A DNA stretch of 64,000 bases from an uncultured delta proteobacterium (GCA_963737905.1 CAVTUQ010000026.1:224001-288000), one strand, 5' to 3'; shown: positions 1 to 9,833, counted from the first letter of the stretch. Notes: a model not told the origin generated them from the letters alone. A program made the numbers and translations.

Positions 1-1
1 A

Positions 2-949
2 CTTCCGGGGATCGTTTTCGACATCTTAAACGTTGAAGGGACCCAGCCTGGACACAACCCAGTCGTCACCTTCAGCGTGAAAAGCAAAAGGGGTGAACCG
101 ATCAACGCCGCGCAAATGAATAATCTTCGATTGGTCGTCGCCTGGCCGACGACCGATTACAAAGTCGATGTAGAAGAAGACGCTCGCAAAGCGGAATCCC
201 TGGGAAGCGGCGTTTATGCCCACAAATTCAAATACACGATCCCTACCGACGCCACCGGCTCCGGTGCCATGGGCATACAGGGATACAAGCTCACGGAACT
301 GAAGAAGCCCAATGGCAGTGTCATCAAGGATGTCAGAGACGTGGGCTACAACGTGGTCAAGTACTTTCCCATTACCGACAAAGAAGCCATCCCCCGAAGG
401 AAAGCGGTCAAGATCGAGAACTGCAACGTCTGCCACGCCATGCTGGCCACCCACGGCGAGGCGCGGCGCAATGCGGAGTTCTGCGTCATGTGCCACAACC
501 CCTCGCATACCGACGAAGAGAAACGAAAAGCGGCCAACGGTCCTATGCCGCCCGAGAACGTCCATTACAAACGGCTGATCCATCGGATTCACACCGGCAT
601 CAACGCCGGGGAGCCGTTCATTGTCTATGGCGGCCCCCCGGCTAGGCCCGGTCCCGTCGATCTATCCGACATTCGCTTTCCCGGCGACCGCAGAAATTGC
701 GTTAAGTGTCACGTGCCGGGGGCCAACGAGCCGCCGCTACCGGCGGGGCTGCTGCCGACTTTGATCCCTCAGGCGGATGGAACGGTCAAAGCCATTCAAC
801 CGATCACCAGCGCCTGTATCGCTTGCCACACCAAAGAAACGGCGAAAGCCCATGTGGAAACGCTCACGGCTTCGAATGGACAAGAGAGTTGCGTGGTTTG
901 TCATGGAGTCGGGCGGGAGTTTTCGGTGGAAAAAGTACACAGGAGGTAA
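2..949 (+). CDS. OmcA/MtrC-family multiheme c-type cytochrome, C-terminal half (5' end outside window)
   Basis: Frame is open from position 2 (LPGIVFDILNVEGTQPGHNPVVTFSV...). Five CxxCH motifs (CNVCH, CVMCH, CVKCH, CIACH, CVVCH) follow a beta-rich domain; 'LIHRIH' and 'FPGDRRNCVKCH' are typical of the family. Confidence 0.85.
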   Translation, partial: LPGIVFDILNVEGTQPGHNPVVTFSVKSKRGEPINAAQMNNLRLVVAWPTTDYKVDVEEDARKAESLGSGVYAHKFKYTIPTDATGSGAMGIQGYKLTELKKPNGSVIKDVRDVGYNVVKYFPITDKEAIPRRKAVKIENCNVCHAMLATHGEARRNAEFCVMCHNPSHTDEEKRKAANGPMPPENVHYKRLIHRIHTGINAGEPFIVYGGPPARPGPVDLSDIRFPGDRRNCVKCHVPGANEPPLPAGLLPTLIPQADGTVKAIQPITSACIACHTKETAKAHVETLTASNGQESCVVCHGVGREFSVEKVHRR

Positions 950-955
950 AGTCAC

Positions 956-1378
956 TTGATCGGGAAGAACCTACCCATGCTCGTTTTATGTGTTGTCCTG
1001 CTGCCGCGCTTCAGTGCTGCCGAAGATCAAGGCGAGGGCAAGAGACTCTACCAGAGCTACTGCACCGGCTGTCACGGAGCTTCCGGCAAGGGAGACGGGC
1101 CGGCGGGCAAGACGCTGCCGGTGAAGCCGGCGGACCATACGAACGGAAAGAAGATGAGCCAATATTCTGACGAGCATCTTTTTACCGTCATCGCCAAGGG
1201 GGGAGCGAGCGTCGGGAAGTCTTCCCAGATGCCCGCATGGGGCGCGGTCCTGAAGGAAGCGCAGATTCAGGAAGTGGTCGGCTATATCCGTACGTTGGCT
1301 TCGGCGCATAAAGGACACCGCGAGGTTGTCCGGCGGTGCAAAGTAGCACGAGCATTCATTCAACTGGATGAAAATTAG
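956..1378 (+). CDS. Periplasmic monoheme cytochrome c (c6-like)
   Basis: AGGAGG before the TTG start, signal peptide, CTGCH, distal Met in 'QMPAW'. The C-terminal tail may be extended by a 1-nt indel near 1309. Confidence 0.85.
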   Translation: MIGKNLPMLVLCVVLLPRFSAAEDQGEGKRLYQSYCTGCHGASGKGDGPAGKTLPVKPADHTNGKKMSQYSDEHLFTVIAKGGASVGKSSQMPAWGAVLKEAQIQEVVGYIRTLASAHKGHREVVRRCKVARAFIQLDEN

Positions 1379-1398
1379 CCTTTTTGGGGGGTAAGACC

Positions 1399-1770
1399 GT
1401 GATTCTTGATCAGTTCCTCTATTGCCGTATTTGCTACGAGGTCCATCACATCACTCCTTTCGACAGGGCCCCTATTTACGATCTAGATCTCGACGGGATG
1501 ACTGTGCAGGAAATTTTCACTGATGATCAGCGTCAATTTGTCGATCGGCATTTTGGCCATGAGATCGAAGAGCTAACAAGTGTGACAGAAACACATTTTC
1601 CCATCGGCCGGCTCGTCGACCCGATGAAGGTGGGATACGTTGAAGTATCGAATGGACAAGAGTCTTTTATTCTGCGTATTTCTCGAAGAAATATCGCCGA
1701 GCCCGTGAGTTACAAAATCGTTTCCAGGCAAAGATATTCTGGGAGTCGAGAGGGTGAATCGCTAAGTTGA
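1399..1770 (+). CDS. Hypothetical protein with a CxxC/His putative metal site
   Basis: ORF with 'YCRICYEVHH' and 'RHFGHEI'. Start uncertain (1384 or 1399). Confidence 0.55.
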   Translation: MILDQFLYCRICYEVHHITPFDRAPIYDLDLDGMTVQEIFTDDQRQFVDRHFGHEIEELTSVTETHFPIGRLVDPMKVGYVEVSNGQESFILRISRRNIAEPVSYKIVSRQRYSGSREGESLS

Positions 1771-1920
1771 TTCTCTACAAACGAAGGGTGAATGGTTTTG
1801 GACGCTCCCTGTATCCAACAGTATCCTCCCGTAGTGCGTTCCGCTTATGAATCCACGCTCGAAAGGAAGCATTCTGATCAAAAACCCGCGTTAAGCTCCC
1901 CAATGGAATTGCCTCGCCGT

Positions 1921-1936
1921 TGGCACGGCGTATGCG
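1921..1936 (+). promoter_or_regulatory. Sigma-54 (-24/-12) promoter
   Basis: TGGCACGGCGTATGCG: GG-N10-GC with a TGGCAC -24 box, about 50 nt upstream of the ATG at 1988. Confidence 0.6.
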
Positions 1937-1987
1937 AATAAATGGAAGCGAGGGGAAGCGACCCATAGAGATTAGGACGAGCCCGCA

Positions 1988-2515
1988 ATGGAAAAGCTAT
2001 TGGTAACTATGACCGGTCATGATTCCATAGAAAGGCTGATGCCTTGTCTTGAAACATTGGTTAAACCGGGAATGACGGTGATTTTTCTTTTCGAATATCC
2101 GGTCGATTCACGGTTTTATTTTCGAGATCACCGAATTACCGTGGAATCTGCAAGACACGCAACGGAGTTGGGTAGAGAGATCGCGCGTCGATACGATTGG
2201 GAGGAGCAGAAGGAGCGTGCCCGGCAGATCATTGCGCCAGCTGTCGCTGCCTTACAAAAGGAGGGGATCGAGGTCGAAATCCATCTGCATTCGGGCAGAT
2301 TGGCAAAACTCATAAACCGCTACAGCCTGGATAAGGATATCCATTGGATCGTGACCCAATTTCCGCGCCCCGGTCTGATGGGCTATTTGTCAGGGAAGAC
2401 TATGGTGCCGTTGGGCTGGTCCAGTCACTTGCTCTCCGTGCGGTACGACCGAAGCTTTTCCGAGAAGCAATGGCAGCAAGGACACACTATAGAAAGGACC
2501 GGCACGCTTGGCTGA
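1988..2515 (+). CDS. Divergent universal-stress-protein-like protein
   Basis: 'KLLVTM..DS', 'GIEVEIHLHSGRLAKLI' fit the USP alpha/beta pattern. Confidence 0.5.
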   Translation: MEKLLVTMTGHDSIERLMPCLETLVKPGMTVIFLFEYPVDSRFYFRDHRITVESARHATELGREIARRYDWEEQKERARQIIAPAVAALQKEGIEVEIHLHSGRLAKLINRYSLDKDIHWIVTQFPRPGLMGYLSGKTMVPLGWSSHLLSVRYDRSFSEKQWQQGHTIERTGTLG

Positions 2516-2591
2516 ATAGTGGTTGGTGTTTTACCGGCTATGGTGTCCCCGTCAAAGAATTCCAGTGGTGTTAGTGAAAGAAGGAAAAACA

Positions 2592-2828
2592 ATGATAGCT
2601 GAAAATCTTTTACAGGGTTCGCCCCTTCCCGGCCGAGGGACTGGAACCCCTCGTGAGCTTTCCGAGATCGCTCATGACCTCAAAAATTGCATGAGCATAC
2701 TGCTTTATTGGGTTGAAACGGTCGAGGTTGATGGGAGTTCTGCCGTTCCCAATGAGGATAGCCTAGATGACCTAAAGAAACTCGCTTATAAGATGAATGG
2801 TCTCATTGAACGCTTGGCGTCGTTGTAA
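2592..2828 (+). CDS. Small stand-alone HisKA-like (dimerisation/phosphoacceptor) protein
   Basis: AAGGA RBS before ATG 2592; H-box-like 'LSEIAHDLKNCMSIL'; no ATPase domain. Confidence 0.5.
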   Translation: MIAENLLQGSPLPGRGTGTPRELSEIAHDLKNCMSILLYWVETVEVDGSSAVPNEDSLDDLKKLAYKMNGLIERLASL

Positions 2829-2837
2829 GAATCTGAC

Positions 2838-3848
2838 TTATGCTTTGACCGATGCTGCAAGCTCTCCGTAGTTTTGTGGCGAGAGTTTTCTCTTGCCGGT
2901 CTCGATCTCGTGAATCATGTCCAAGACCTTGCGGCAGAGCGGCGTCGGAATCTTGAGCTTCTCCCCCTCTCGAACCACGTGGGCGAGCGTGTAATCCACC
3001 TCGGTCTTGATATCCTTTTGAAGCTGACGTAGCGGCCCTTTGCGGTCATCGAGATTCCATGCCTTGGCCATTCTATTCACAGCCGCAAGGCGTTTCTCCA
3101 AGGGATTGCCGGGGTGAAGGTCGAGCGGATTGTATTCGGTCAGTGGGATGAATCGGGCTCCAGCCGTTTTGCCGACCGCGACCACTTCGGCAAAGAAGTC
3201 GACGAGCACACGACGGTCCGCATCACTTGCACAGCTTGTCGCCAATGCCGCATCCGCGAGCGAGCCGAAATATCCCAGGCAGGTATATGTAAGCTTGCTC
3301 CAAAGTACGCCGAGAATGTTGTCGGAAATCTCGCTGGGAATCACCGCGTCGAGCAGCGCGTTGAGTTTTTCCAGCCGCGGTGTTTTCTTGCCGTGGAGAT
3401 GACCGATGTAGAGGTGACCGCGGGTAGCTGTCCGTACGTGGCCCGGAGCCGGCCTGAAAGAACCCATTCGAATCGCAACGCCCAGGGTCCGGTCGGGTCC
3501 AACCTGTTCTTCGAGCAGGGGAGGGTTGATTCCATTTTGGAGGGACACGAGCAGGCCGTCTTCGGCGAGATGGGGCATGACAGTCGCCAGCGCATCCGGC
3601 GTGTAGTTCGATCGCACGGCGATGAGGCCGATGTCGAACTTGTCCTGTATCTCGTTGGGGTAAACGATGTTGACTTTTACGTTGAAGGGACCGTCCGGCA
3701 CGTCTACCTGTAGTCCCTTCTCGCGGATGGCGGCGACATGCTCCTTATCGACGTCCACGAACGTCATATCGTTGCCGGCGCGCGCGAGGCGGCCGCCGAT
3801 GATTCCTCCGATGGGTCCAGTGCCGATGACGATCATCCGCGTCCCCAT
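2838..3848 (-). CDS. Ketopantoate reductase (PanE/ApbA) family protein
   Basis: GxGxxG (IGTGPIGG), 'SLQNG', 'LWSKL', 'KTEVD'. Confidence 0.85.
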   Translation of the reverse strand: MGTRMIVIGTGPIGGIIGGRLARAGNDMTFVDVDKEHVAAIREKGLQVDVPDGPFNVKVNIVYPNEIQDKFDIGLIAVRSNYTPDALATVMPHLAEDGLLVSLQNGINPPLLEEQVGPDRTLGVAIRMGSFRPAPGHVRTATRGHLYIGHLHGKKTPRLEKLNALLDAVIPSEISDNILGVLWSKLTYTCLGYFGSLADAALATSCASDADRRVLVDFFAEVVAVGKTAGARFIPLTEYNPLDLHPGNPLEKRLAAVNRMAKAWNLDDRKGPLRQLQKDIKTEVDYTLAHVVREGEKLKIPTPLCRKVLDMIHEIETGKRKLSPQNYGELAASVKA

Positions 3849-3883
3849 ATGAACCTCCTAGGTGATCTTACCAAGACGAGTCA

Positions 3884-3912
3884 AAGATATTGGAAGCGTC
3901 CAAGCCCGTCAA
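3884..3912 (-). promoter_or_regulatory. Sigma-70-type promoter
   Basis: Minus strand TTGACG-N17-TATCTT upstream of the PanE-like gene. Confidence 0.5.
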
Positions 3913-4053
3913 CCGAAGTACGGGGAGCGTCAAGAGTACTCAGAGCTCAATGAGGACTAGAAGGGTGCAACCACGCGAGGAAATCAATCAGGCAGTTTCA
4001 GATTAGAGCCGGTGGTGTCACCAGCTAGCCCCGATCCAGTGGTCCAGTACTGT

Positions 4054-4503
4054 TCAAGCGCGTTTGCCCTTTTTCTCGTTGGCCAACTTTTTGACCATAC
4101 GCTTTCGCTGCTTCAAACACGGAGACTTCTCGGAAGTCTCGAGCGTCTGGCAGGCCATGCAGGCGGGGCAAATCCATCCGCCGCATTGGCAGCGTCCCCC
4201 TGCTTTGTCCAATACGCCCGGCTTGGTGCGAAAAGCATAGTGACACCGGAAGCAAACTAGCTCCGTCATCGCATCGAGGATTTCCAAATCTTCGGCGGGA
4301 GCAATGTGTCGCATCGATTCCCCACTGACCGCCACGCGGTATTGGAAGGCTTCTTTGGCTGGCGGGATGGCTACCAAACTTCCTCCCCTCGTGAAACACG
4401 TTTTGATCTCCGTTTTGCCTTCGATCGTCCCTTGATAGCCCATTACTTTATGCCGCACCAAAGTTCCGTCTTGCAGGCTGATTTTATTCATTATTTCTGC
4501 CAT
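4054..4503 (-). CDS. Hypothetical protein: SH3/KOW-like N-terminus plus Cys-rich (Zn-binding) C-terminus
   Basis: GAGGAGG RBS before ATG 4503; CFRC...CQCGGWICPACMAC...C. Confidence 0.65.
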   Translation of the reverse strand: MAEIMNKISLQDGTLVRHKVMGYQGTIEGKTEIKTCFTRGGSLVAIPPAKEAFQYRVAVSGESMRHIAPAEDLEILDAMTELVCFRCHYAFRTKPGVLDKAGGRCQCGGWICPACMACQTLETSEKSPCLKQRKRMVKKLANEKKGKRA

Positions 4504-4719
4504 ATGGACCTCCTCATAAATGACCAAGCCTCTGGCTCGTTTAAAGCTCAGAGGCTTGGATCAGAAGATGGAAAAGCTCTAAAAGAGAAGTAATTCTAAC
4601 ATTCTTGGGCGTGATTAGCCAATCGCCCATTAGTTAGGGAAAAACCACCACCGAAAAGATTGCGAGATGGGAGTTACAGCGAAAAGAGACGTTTCTGTCC
4701 TGTAACCCGCGTGGCGAAC

Positions 4720-5007
4720 TCAAGGGACGTAGATATGGACGGAATTTTCTTCTATACGATGACCGCGCGTGATCAGTTTTACGATGCTGCAGACATTGCG
4801 GCTGACGTCGTCGATTCCGGCCGCGGGAAATCCGTCTTTGACATACCTTCCGATGAGCTTTTCCTCCCCCAGGCTGATGATCTGAAGATAATCCACATTA
4901 TCCGCTTTGAAATAGTGCTCGGTCCCTGGGGCCGGGCTGTCCAGTTCATTTTGCAGCGCCTTTGAAATTTTTATACCCACAAACAATCGCTTGCCCATCT
5001 CAATCAT
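4720..5007 (-). CDS. Hypothetical protein
   Basis: AAGGAG RBS; compact 95-aa ORF with normal composition. Confidence 0.6.
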   Translation of the reverse strand: MIEMGKRLFVGIKISKALQNELDSPAPGTEHYFKADNVDYLQIISLGEEKLIGRYVKDGFPAAGIDDVSRNVCSIVKLITRGHRIEENSVHIYVP

Positions 5008-5406
5008 TCGTCACTTCTCCTTGATTCTTGTTAATCATCTTTTCTAATTGACGTGAAAACAAACGTTTCTAGCGCGATGTGAGACAGGCAATCTTGGGAA
5101 AAACCACCTTACTTAAGCTTTTTCCGCAGCCCAAGTTAGGGGGTTGGGTATCGTGGGCTGGCTGAAGAAATTCAGCTGATCTTGCGCTGAAATGCTACTC
5201 GCTTGAGTCAGCGACATAGTAGGGTGATTAACTTCTTTTGTCAAATTCAACGCTAATACTCTCGTGCCATAGGCTATCAGTAACGATCAGAAACGGTATT
5301 TTCGGACGAGAATGCGATGGCGAAGAGGCAGCTTCTCAGCGTGGCAGAGTTTCAGACGACCGAGCAAACGGAAAAAAAGGGGGCAGCAACCAGAATAATC
5401 GGGAGG

Positions 5407-5670
5407 CTAGAGATTACCAGGTTGTGTTGCGCTAAACCAGCTATCGATGCGTTGATACGCGAATCGACGCATATGGTCTTCAGCCTCCAATCCGGTTGTG
5501 AAGCTACGCCGGCTGGAGAACTCGGAATAAGGTCCATCTTCAAAGTCTATGTGGCCTTTCCATGACCATGAGCGTGTCGCGGCGTCTCGATTAATGATCC
5601 CGCCGAACCACTGTTTACGGTAGGATTCCTTTATCGTGTACCTTGTTTTTTCTTCACTGCGAGTTTTCAT
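5407..5670 (-). CDS. Hypothetical protein
   Basis: ORF with a beta-hairpin/helix-like pattern (WSWKGHIDF...EAEDHMRRFAYQRID). Start uncertain. Confidence 0.45.
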   Translation of the reverse strand: MKTRSEEKTRYTIKESYRKQWFGGIINRDAATRSWSWKGHIDFEDGPYSEFSSRRSFTTGLEAEDHMRRFAYQRIDSWFSATQPGNL

Positions 5671-5961
5671 AATCGATACTCTAGTCTTTCCGGGGTTCCG
5701 AAGCAAATTCCATTTTTCAAGAACCTTATGGGGAACAGGCGTTGCCGGGAGGGCCGCTTGCTACCGCGCCTCCGTTCCTATACTGTCAGTTTTAGGTCAT
5801 GCCTTTGTCTTAATGGCGCGCAAGAGGTAGAAGACCGGGCCACCAATTTACTGGTGGCATGAATTTCGGCTCCGCTAAAGCCGGATGGTTTCCCGGTCTT
5901 GACCCCCCTCCCTCTTCCAATATCCACGGGCTCTCAAACGCCTGTAATGAAGGAGGGAGTT

Positions 5962-6501
5962 ATGAATCTTCTATTGATCATCGCTATCCCGCTGGGGTTG
6001 GTCATCCTGGGTATGATACTGAACAGCTTCGATCTTGGTTTCGATCAACCGTCCAGTTCACCGGAACAGGATCCGGTGAAACGACTCACAGCCGAAAAGG
6101 AATCCTATCGACAGTTTTTCGACCGGCAACGAAAACGCGCGGTGACCCGGCAGAAACGGATCGGGCAGTATGGCTGGTTGCTCATGGCCGCTTTCATCGG
6201 CGCCTTTGTCTGGCTATACATGGATACCGTGAGTAAAACCAGCCTTTCGAGTCGTATTGCCGGGCTTCAAACCTTGGGAACAGAAGAAGGCAAACAGATG
6301 GTGCTCTCGGTGACTCTGAGCGATGGGAACAATGTCAAGTACCTCGTCAAATTGCCTCAAGCCGATAAATTGGAGTCCGCCACGAAAGAAAGCGTTACAA
6401 AAGAAAAGGTCTCATCCTGGGAGCTTGAGAAATTAGGCACGGCTTTGAGTATCGGCGATAATTCATTACCGCTTGGCGTCGCGCTGAAGATTTCCCAGTA
6501 A
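5962..6501 (+). CDS. Hypothetical membrane protein (2 TM)
   Basis: AGGAGG RBS before ATG 5962; two hydrophobic segments. Confidence 0.65.
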   Translation: MNLLLIIAIPLGLVILGMILNSFDLGFDQPSSSPEQDPVKRLTAEKESYRQFFDRQRKRAVTRQKRIGQYGWLLMAAFIGAFVWLYMDTVSKTSLSSRIAGLQTLGTEEGKQMVLSVTLSDGNNVKYLVKLPQADKLESATKESVTKEKVSSWELEKLGTALSIGDNSLPLGVALKISQ

Positions 6502-6640
6502 TCGACTGGTTTTTCGGACGGCGGTTGTCGGTCCGCGAGGAGACTACCGAAAAAAACCGTGTCGAGCCGCGAATTTCGAAGTCTTTCCCGGTCTCGATGC
6601 TACTAAAACCTGAGATGTCTCGCGGACATGCGAGCATTTA

Positions 6641-6832
6641 TCAGTGGCGAGAAACAGGAGCCTGTTCCTGCGATCCAAGGCGGATCTCTCCCGTGATCGG
6701 GTCTGCGCCCTCAAGGGGGGGGCCGCCTTTTATCTTGTTCGCCTTACGCTCCTGCCGGCGGGCAGCCTTGTCTCGCTGCTTCTGCTGACGCGCCAATTCT
6801 TTCTGCCGCTTCTGGTATGTCTGGTTTCCCAT
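6641..6832 (-). CDS. Small basic coiled-coil protein
   Basis: MGNQTYQKRQKELARQQKQRDKAARRQERK, a K/R/Q-rich small-protein pattern. Confidence 0.6.
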   Translation of the reverse strand: MGNQTYQKRQKELARQQKQRDKAARRQERKANKIKGGPPLEGADPITGEIRLGSQEQAPVSRH

Positions 6833-7039
6833 AGGAATTCAGTCTAACACACACCAAGGGTAACAGGAATCCCGTCGAAATATCGAGCCGCCTCGGTATC
6901 GAGATCGACTCTTCGAACTTTCTTTAGTGCGTCTGAATCCTATCTTTTCCGTGTACTGTGCCTGAAGAAAAATTGTCCCCGCGCCGGCAAAAAATGCAGC
7001 CCGGTGCCGCGCTCACGCGGTTTCACGCGACATCAGTGA

Positions 7040-7069
7040 TTGACAGGGTGCTACTTTATCAAATATCTT
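7040..7069 (+). promoter_or_regulatory. Sigma-70-type promoter for the nitroreductase-hydantoinase cluster
   Basis: TTGACA-N18-TATCTT. Confidence 0.45.
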
Positions 7070-7159
7070 TCGGGGGTTAGACGTTGCGGCTTTCAGCGCC
7101 GATTTAGCAGGGGATTTCCAAAGCGGGCATCCAGGGGACTTTCGGTAATAATTCAAGGA

Positions 7160-7188
7160 CTGGATTCCCGCCTGCGCGGGTATGACAA
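7160..7188. repeat. REP-like palindrome (GGATTCCCG...GGG(A/T)ATGAC type)
   Basis: CTGGATTCCCGCCTGCGCGGGTATGAC; a related copy CTGGATTCCCGTTGCCACAGGAATGAC lies at about 30081-30107. Confidence 0.6.
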
Positions 7189-7269
7189 AAAAGCCGGGTG
7201 ATGATTTAGCGCTCCGGGAAGGGGAGAGCATCAATCGCCAAAGCCAAAATCGATTTTGGAGGAGTAGAA

Positions 7270-8052
7270 ATGACTGGCAACAACGAAACCTATGACATGC
7301 TGCTCAGGCTCGTAAAGACCCGCATGAGCGTGCGGAAGTTCCGCTCCGATCCGATTCCGGAAGATACCATCAACAAGATCCTCGAAGTCTCACGCTGGGC
7401 TATGTCCGGCGCGAACTCGCAACCGTGGGAATTCATCGTGGTGACGGATCCCGGTATCAAAAAACAACTGCGCGATGCTTATTCTGAATACAATACCGAC
7501 TTTATTTTTTGGATGGAGCAACAGCGTGAGTACAACCTGCGGCATCCTTCTTATCAGGTGAAGAACGATCCGCACGAATCTTTGAAATTCAACAAAGCGA
7601 AAGCCAATTGGCACCAGGCGCCGGCCGTAATCGTGGTGCTGGGCGACGGCCGCCGTCAATGGGGCACGGTGCAAGGGGCGCATACTTTCGGCCGCGACCA
7701 ATCGCACCTCACCGACGGGTTGGCCAATGCCTCCTTTTTGATCCACCTCGCCATCGCTTCTCTGGGCCTCACTTCCGAGTGGGTGTCTATCCACATTCAG
7801 GAGCCCTACAAGCGCATCCTCGGTATCCCCGACCTGCTGATGGTCTATCTGATCATTCCCATCGGCCATCCGGACGTTCCCGCGCGCGAAGGTGTGCGCC
7901 GGCCCTTGGAGGAGATGGTTCATCGCGAGCGCTACGATATGAGCAAGTACATGAGCAACGAAGATGTCATCCGCTATCTCTACTCTCTCCGCGAGGCGAC
8001 GGTGCCGATCCATTCTTCCTCCCGCGGTGTCACGGCCGAAGAAAGGAAATAG
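7270..8052 (+). CDS. Nitroreductase family protein (copy 1)
   Basis: 'RMSVRKF', 'AMSGANSQPWEFIVV', 'LAIASLGL', 'IPIGHP'. Confidence 0.9.
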   Translation: MTGNNETYDMLLRLVKTRMSVRKFRSDPIPEDTINKILEVSRWAMSGANSQPWEFIVVTDPGIKKQLRDAYSEYNTDFIFWMEQQREYNLRHPSYQVKNDPHESLKFNKAKANWHQAPAVIVVLGDGRRQWGTVQGAHTFGRDQSHLTDGLANASFLIHLAIASLGLTSEWVSIHIQEPYKRILGIPDLLMVYLIIPIGHPDVPAREGVRRPLEEMVHRERYDMSKYMSNEDVIRYLYSLREATVPIHSSSRGVTAEERK

Positions 8053-9693
8053 ATGGATCGAGCCGTCAATCCGATTACCGTCGAAGTGGTGCGCAATGGC
8101 CTGGCGCATATCGCCAACGAAATGGCCACCGTGCTGCGCAAGACTTCCTACAACATGATGATCTATGAAGTGCGCGACTACTGCGTCGGTATCGTCGATC
8201 CCGAAGGCAGCATTCTTTCCCAGAATTTCGGCGCGCTGCCGATTTTTTTGGCGGACTTGGGGCCGGCGATCGTCGACGGCGTGCGGATGCACGGCAGGAA
8301 CGGTTTTCATCCAGGCGACGTTCTGATCATGAATCATCCCTACGTTTGCGGGCAGCATCTCAATAATGTCGTCGTCTATACACCGTTTTTTCATGAGGGG
8401 GATCTGGTGGCTTTCCTCGCGGTGCGGGCGCATTGGATCGATATCGGCGGCACCCGGGTGGGTTTCGGATACAGCGGGACGCGGGAGGTTTACGAGGAGG
8501 GGCTGCAGTTTCGCTCTCTCAAACTCTACCGCGGCGAACAACCGAATCAGGATCTTTTTCAGTTGATCTCCGATAATGTGCGTTTTGCCGATTCTTGTAT
8601 GGGCGACTTGCGCGCGCAGATCGCGGCCTGCCGTGTTGGCGATCGCGGCCTCGCTCAGCTTGTCAATCGTTACGGTCGCGACATTTTCTCGCAGTGTGTA
8701 AGATCGATCTGGGATCAATCCGAGGCTTTGGCGCGGGAGCAAGTTACGCGCATCAAGTCCGGCACCTACGTCGCCGAGGCGCTTTTCGACAGCGACGGTG
8801 TAGATCTCACCCGGCCGGTGCCGCTGAAGGTGAAAATCGAGGTTGCCGGCAGCGAGATGACCATCGATTTTTCCGAGATCAGCGATCAGGTGCCTGGGTC
8901 GATTAATTCCGGTGAATCCGGCGCCGTGGCTGCGGCGCGTGTTGCCTTCAAATCATTGGTTAGTCCGGTTTCATCTATCGACGAAGGCTGCTTTCGGCCT
9001 TTAAAGGTGGTCATTCCCGCGGGGAAGATTCTCAGCGCGACGCCCCCTGCGCCCGTGGGTAATTGGAGCCGCACCTTGCCGACAGTGATCGACTTGATCT
9101 TGAGAGCCTTGGCCCCCGCTATGCCGCATAGGATCGCCGCCGGCCACAAGGGTGATATGGGGGGGTATGCTTTCTTTGGCACTGACCCGCGCACGAGAAG
9201 ACGATTTCTTTGCCAGACCATCATGGGCGGGGGCTGGGGAGGACGGCCGCATGAGGACGGTGAAAACGCGACGGTGTCGATCTGTCAGGGCGACGTGCAA
9301 AATGCGCCCATCGAGCTTCAAGAGCTTTACTATCCGGTGCTGATCGAGCAGCACCGGTTGCGCGAGGGGAGCGGCGGTGCGGGAAAATTTCGCGGCGGCC
9401 TGGGTATCGAAATCACCGTGCGAACTCTGTGTGATGCCTTCGTGAATATCAACGTCGAGCGCAACCTCACGCCGCCCTGGGGGCTGTTCGGCGGCCATTG
9501 TGGCGACGCGGCTAAAGCGTTGGTCAAGCAGGACGGGAATGACGCCGGTTCATGGCTGACCAAGCGCCCCAACTATCCTCTCAAGAAAAACGGCAGCGTC
9601 ACCTACTTCACGGCGGGCGGCGGCGGCTATGGCCGGGTGGAGGAACGCCCGCCTGAACTGATCGAACGCGACCGCCGGCTTGGTTATGTCTAG
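8053..9693 (+). CDS. Hydantoinase B / oxoprolinase family protein (copy 1)
   Basis: 'NHPYVCGQHLNN', 'RAHWIDIGG', 'SGGAGKFRGGLG', 'TAGGGGYG'. Confidence 0.92.
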   Translation: MDRAVNPITVEVVRNGLAHIANEMATVLRKTSYNMMIYEVRDYCVGIVDPEGSILSQNFGALPIFLADLGPAIVDGVRMHGRNGFHPGDVLIMNHPYVCGQHLNNVVVYTPFFHEGDLVAFLAVRAHWIDIGGTRVGFGYSGTREVYEEGLQFRSLKLYRGEQPNQDLFQLISDNVRFADSCMGDLRAQIAACRVGDRGLAQLVNRYGRDIFSQCVRSIWDQSEALAREQVTRIKSGTYVAEALFDSDGVDLTRPVPLKVKIEVAGSEMTIDFSEISDQVPGSINSGESGAVAAARVAFKSLVSPVSSIDEGCFRPLKVVIPAGKILSATPPAPVGNWSRTLPTVIDLILRALAPAMPHRIAAGHKGDMGGYAFFGTDPRTRRRFLCQTIMGGGWGGRPHEDGENATVSICQGDVQNAPIELQELYYPVLIEQHRLREGSGGAGKFRGGLGIEITVRTLCDAFVNINVERNLTPPWGLFGGHCGDAAKALVKQDGNDAGSWLTKRPNYPLKKNGSVTYFTAGGGGYGRVEERPPELIERDRRLGYV

Positions 9694-9798
9694 TCCAGTG
9701 TGTAAGGATGCCATTAAAAAACGGTTTCGTGACCCCCGGGGCGGACAGGGAGGAGAGTTTAGAATACGAGCGGAATATAAGCGGTTTCAAAACGACTT

Positions 9799-9833
9799 TC
9801 GTTCACCCTTCGACAATGCTCAGGGCGAACGGG
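9799..9833. repeat. REP-like palindrome
   Basis: CGTTCACCCTTCGACAATGCTCAGGGCGAACGG imperfect hairpin; a related inverted fragment lies near 33272-33294. Confidence 0.5.

Noticed and set aside
5040-5400. Long intergenic regions (about 5040-5400, 6840-7270, 37280-37480) as possible tRNA, riboswitch or ncRNA loci
   Set aside because: I could not recognise a cloverleaf or known Rfam motif by eye; an Infernal/Rfam scan would be needed.
7390-8742. Long antisense ORFs (e.g. 7390-8742, 12733-13794, 18802-20046, 22025-23068)
   Set aside because: They are shadow frames of well-supported genes on the other strand, typical of GC-rich codon usage, with no recognisable motifs.
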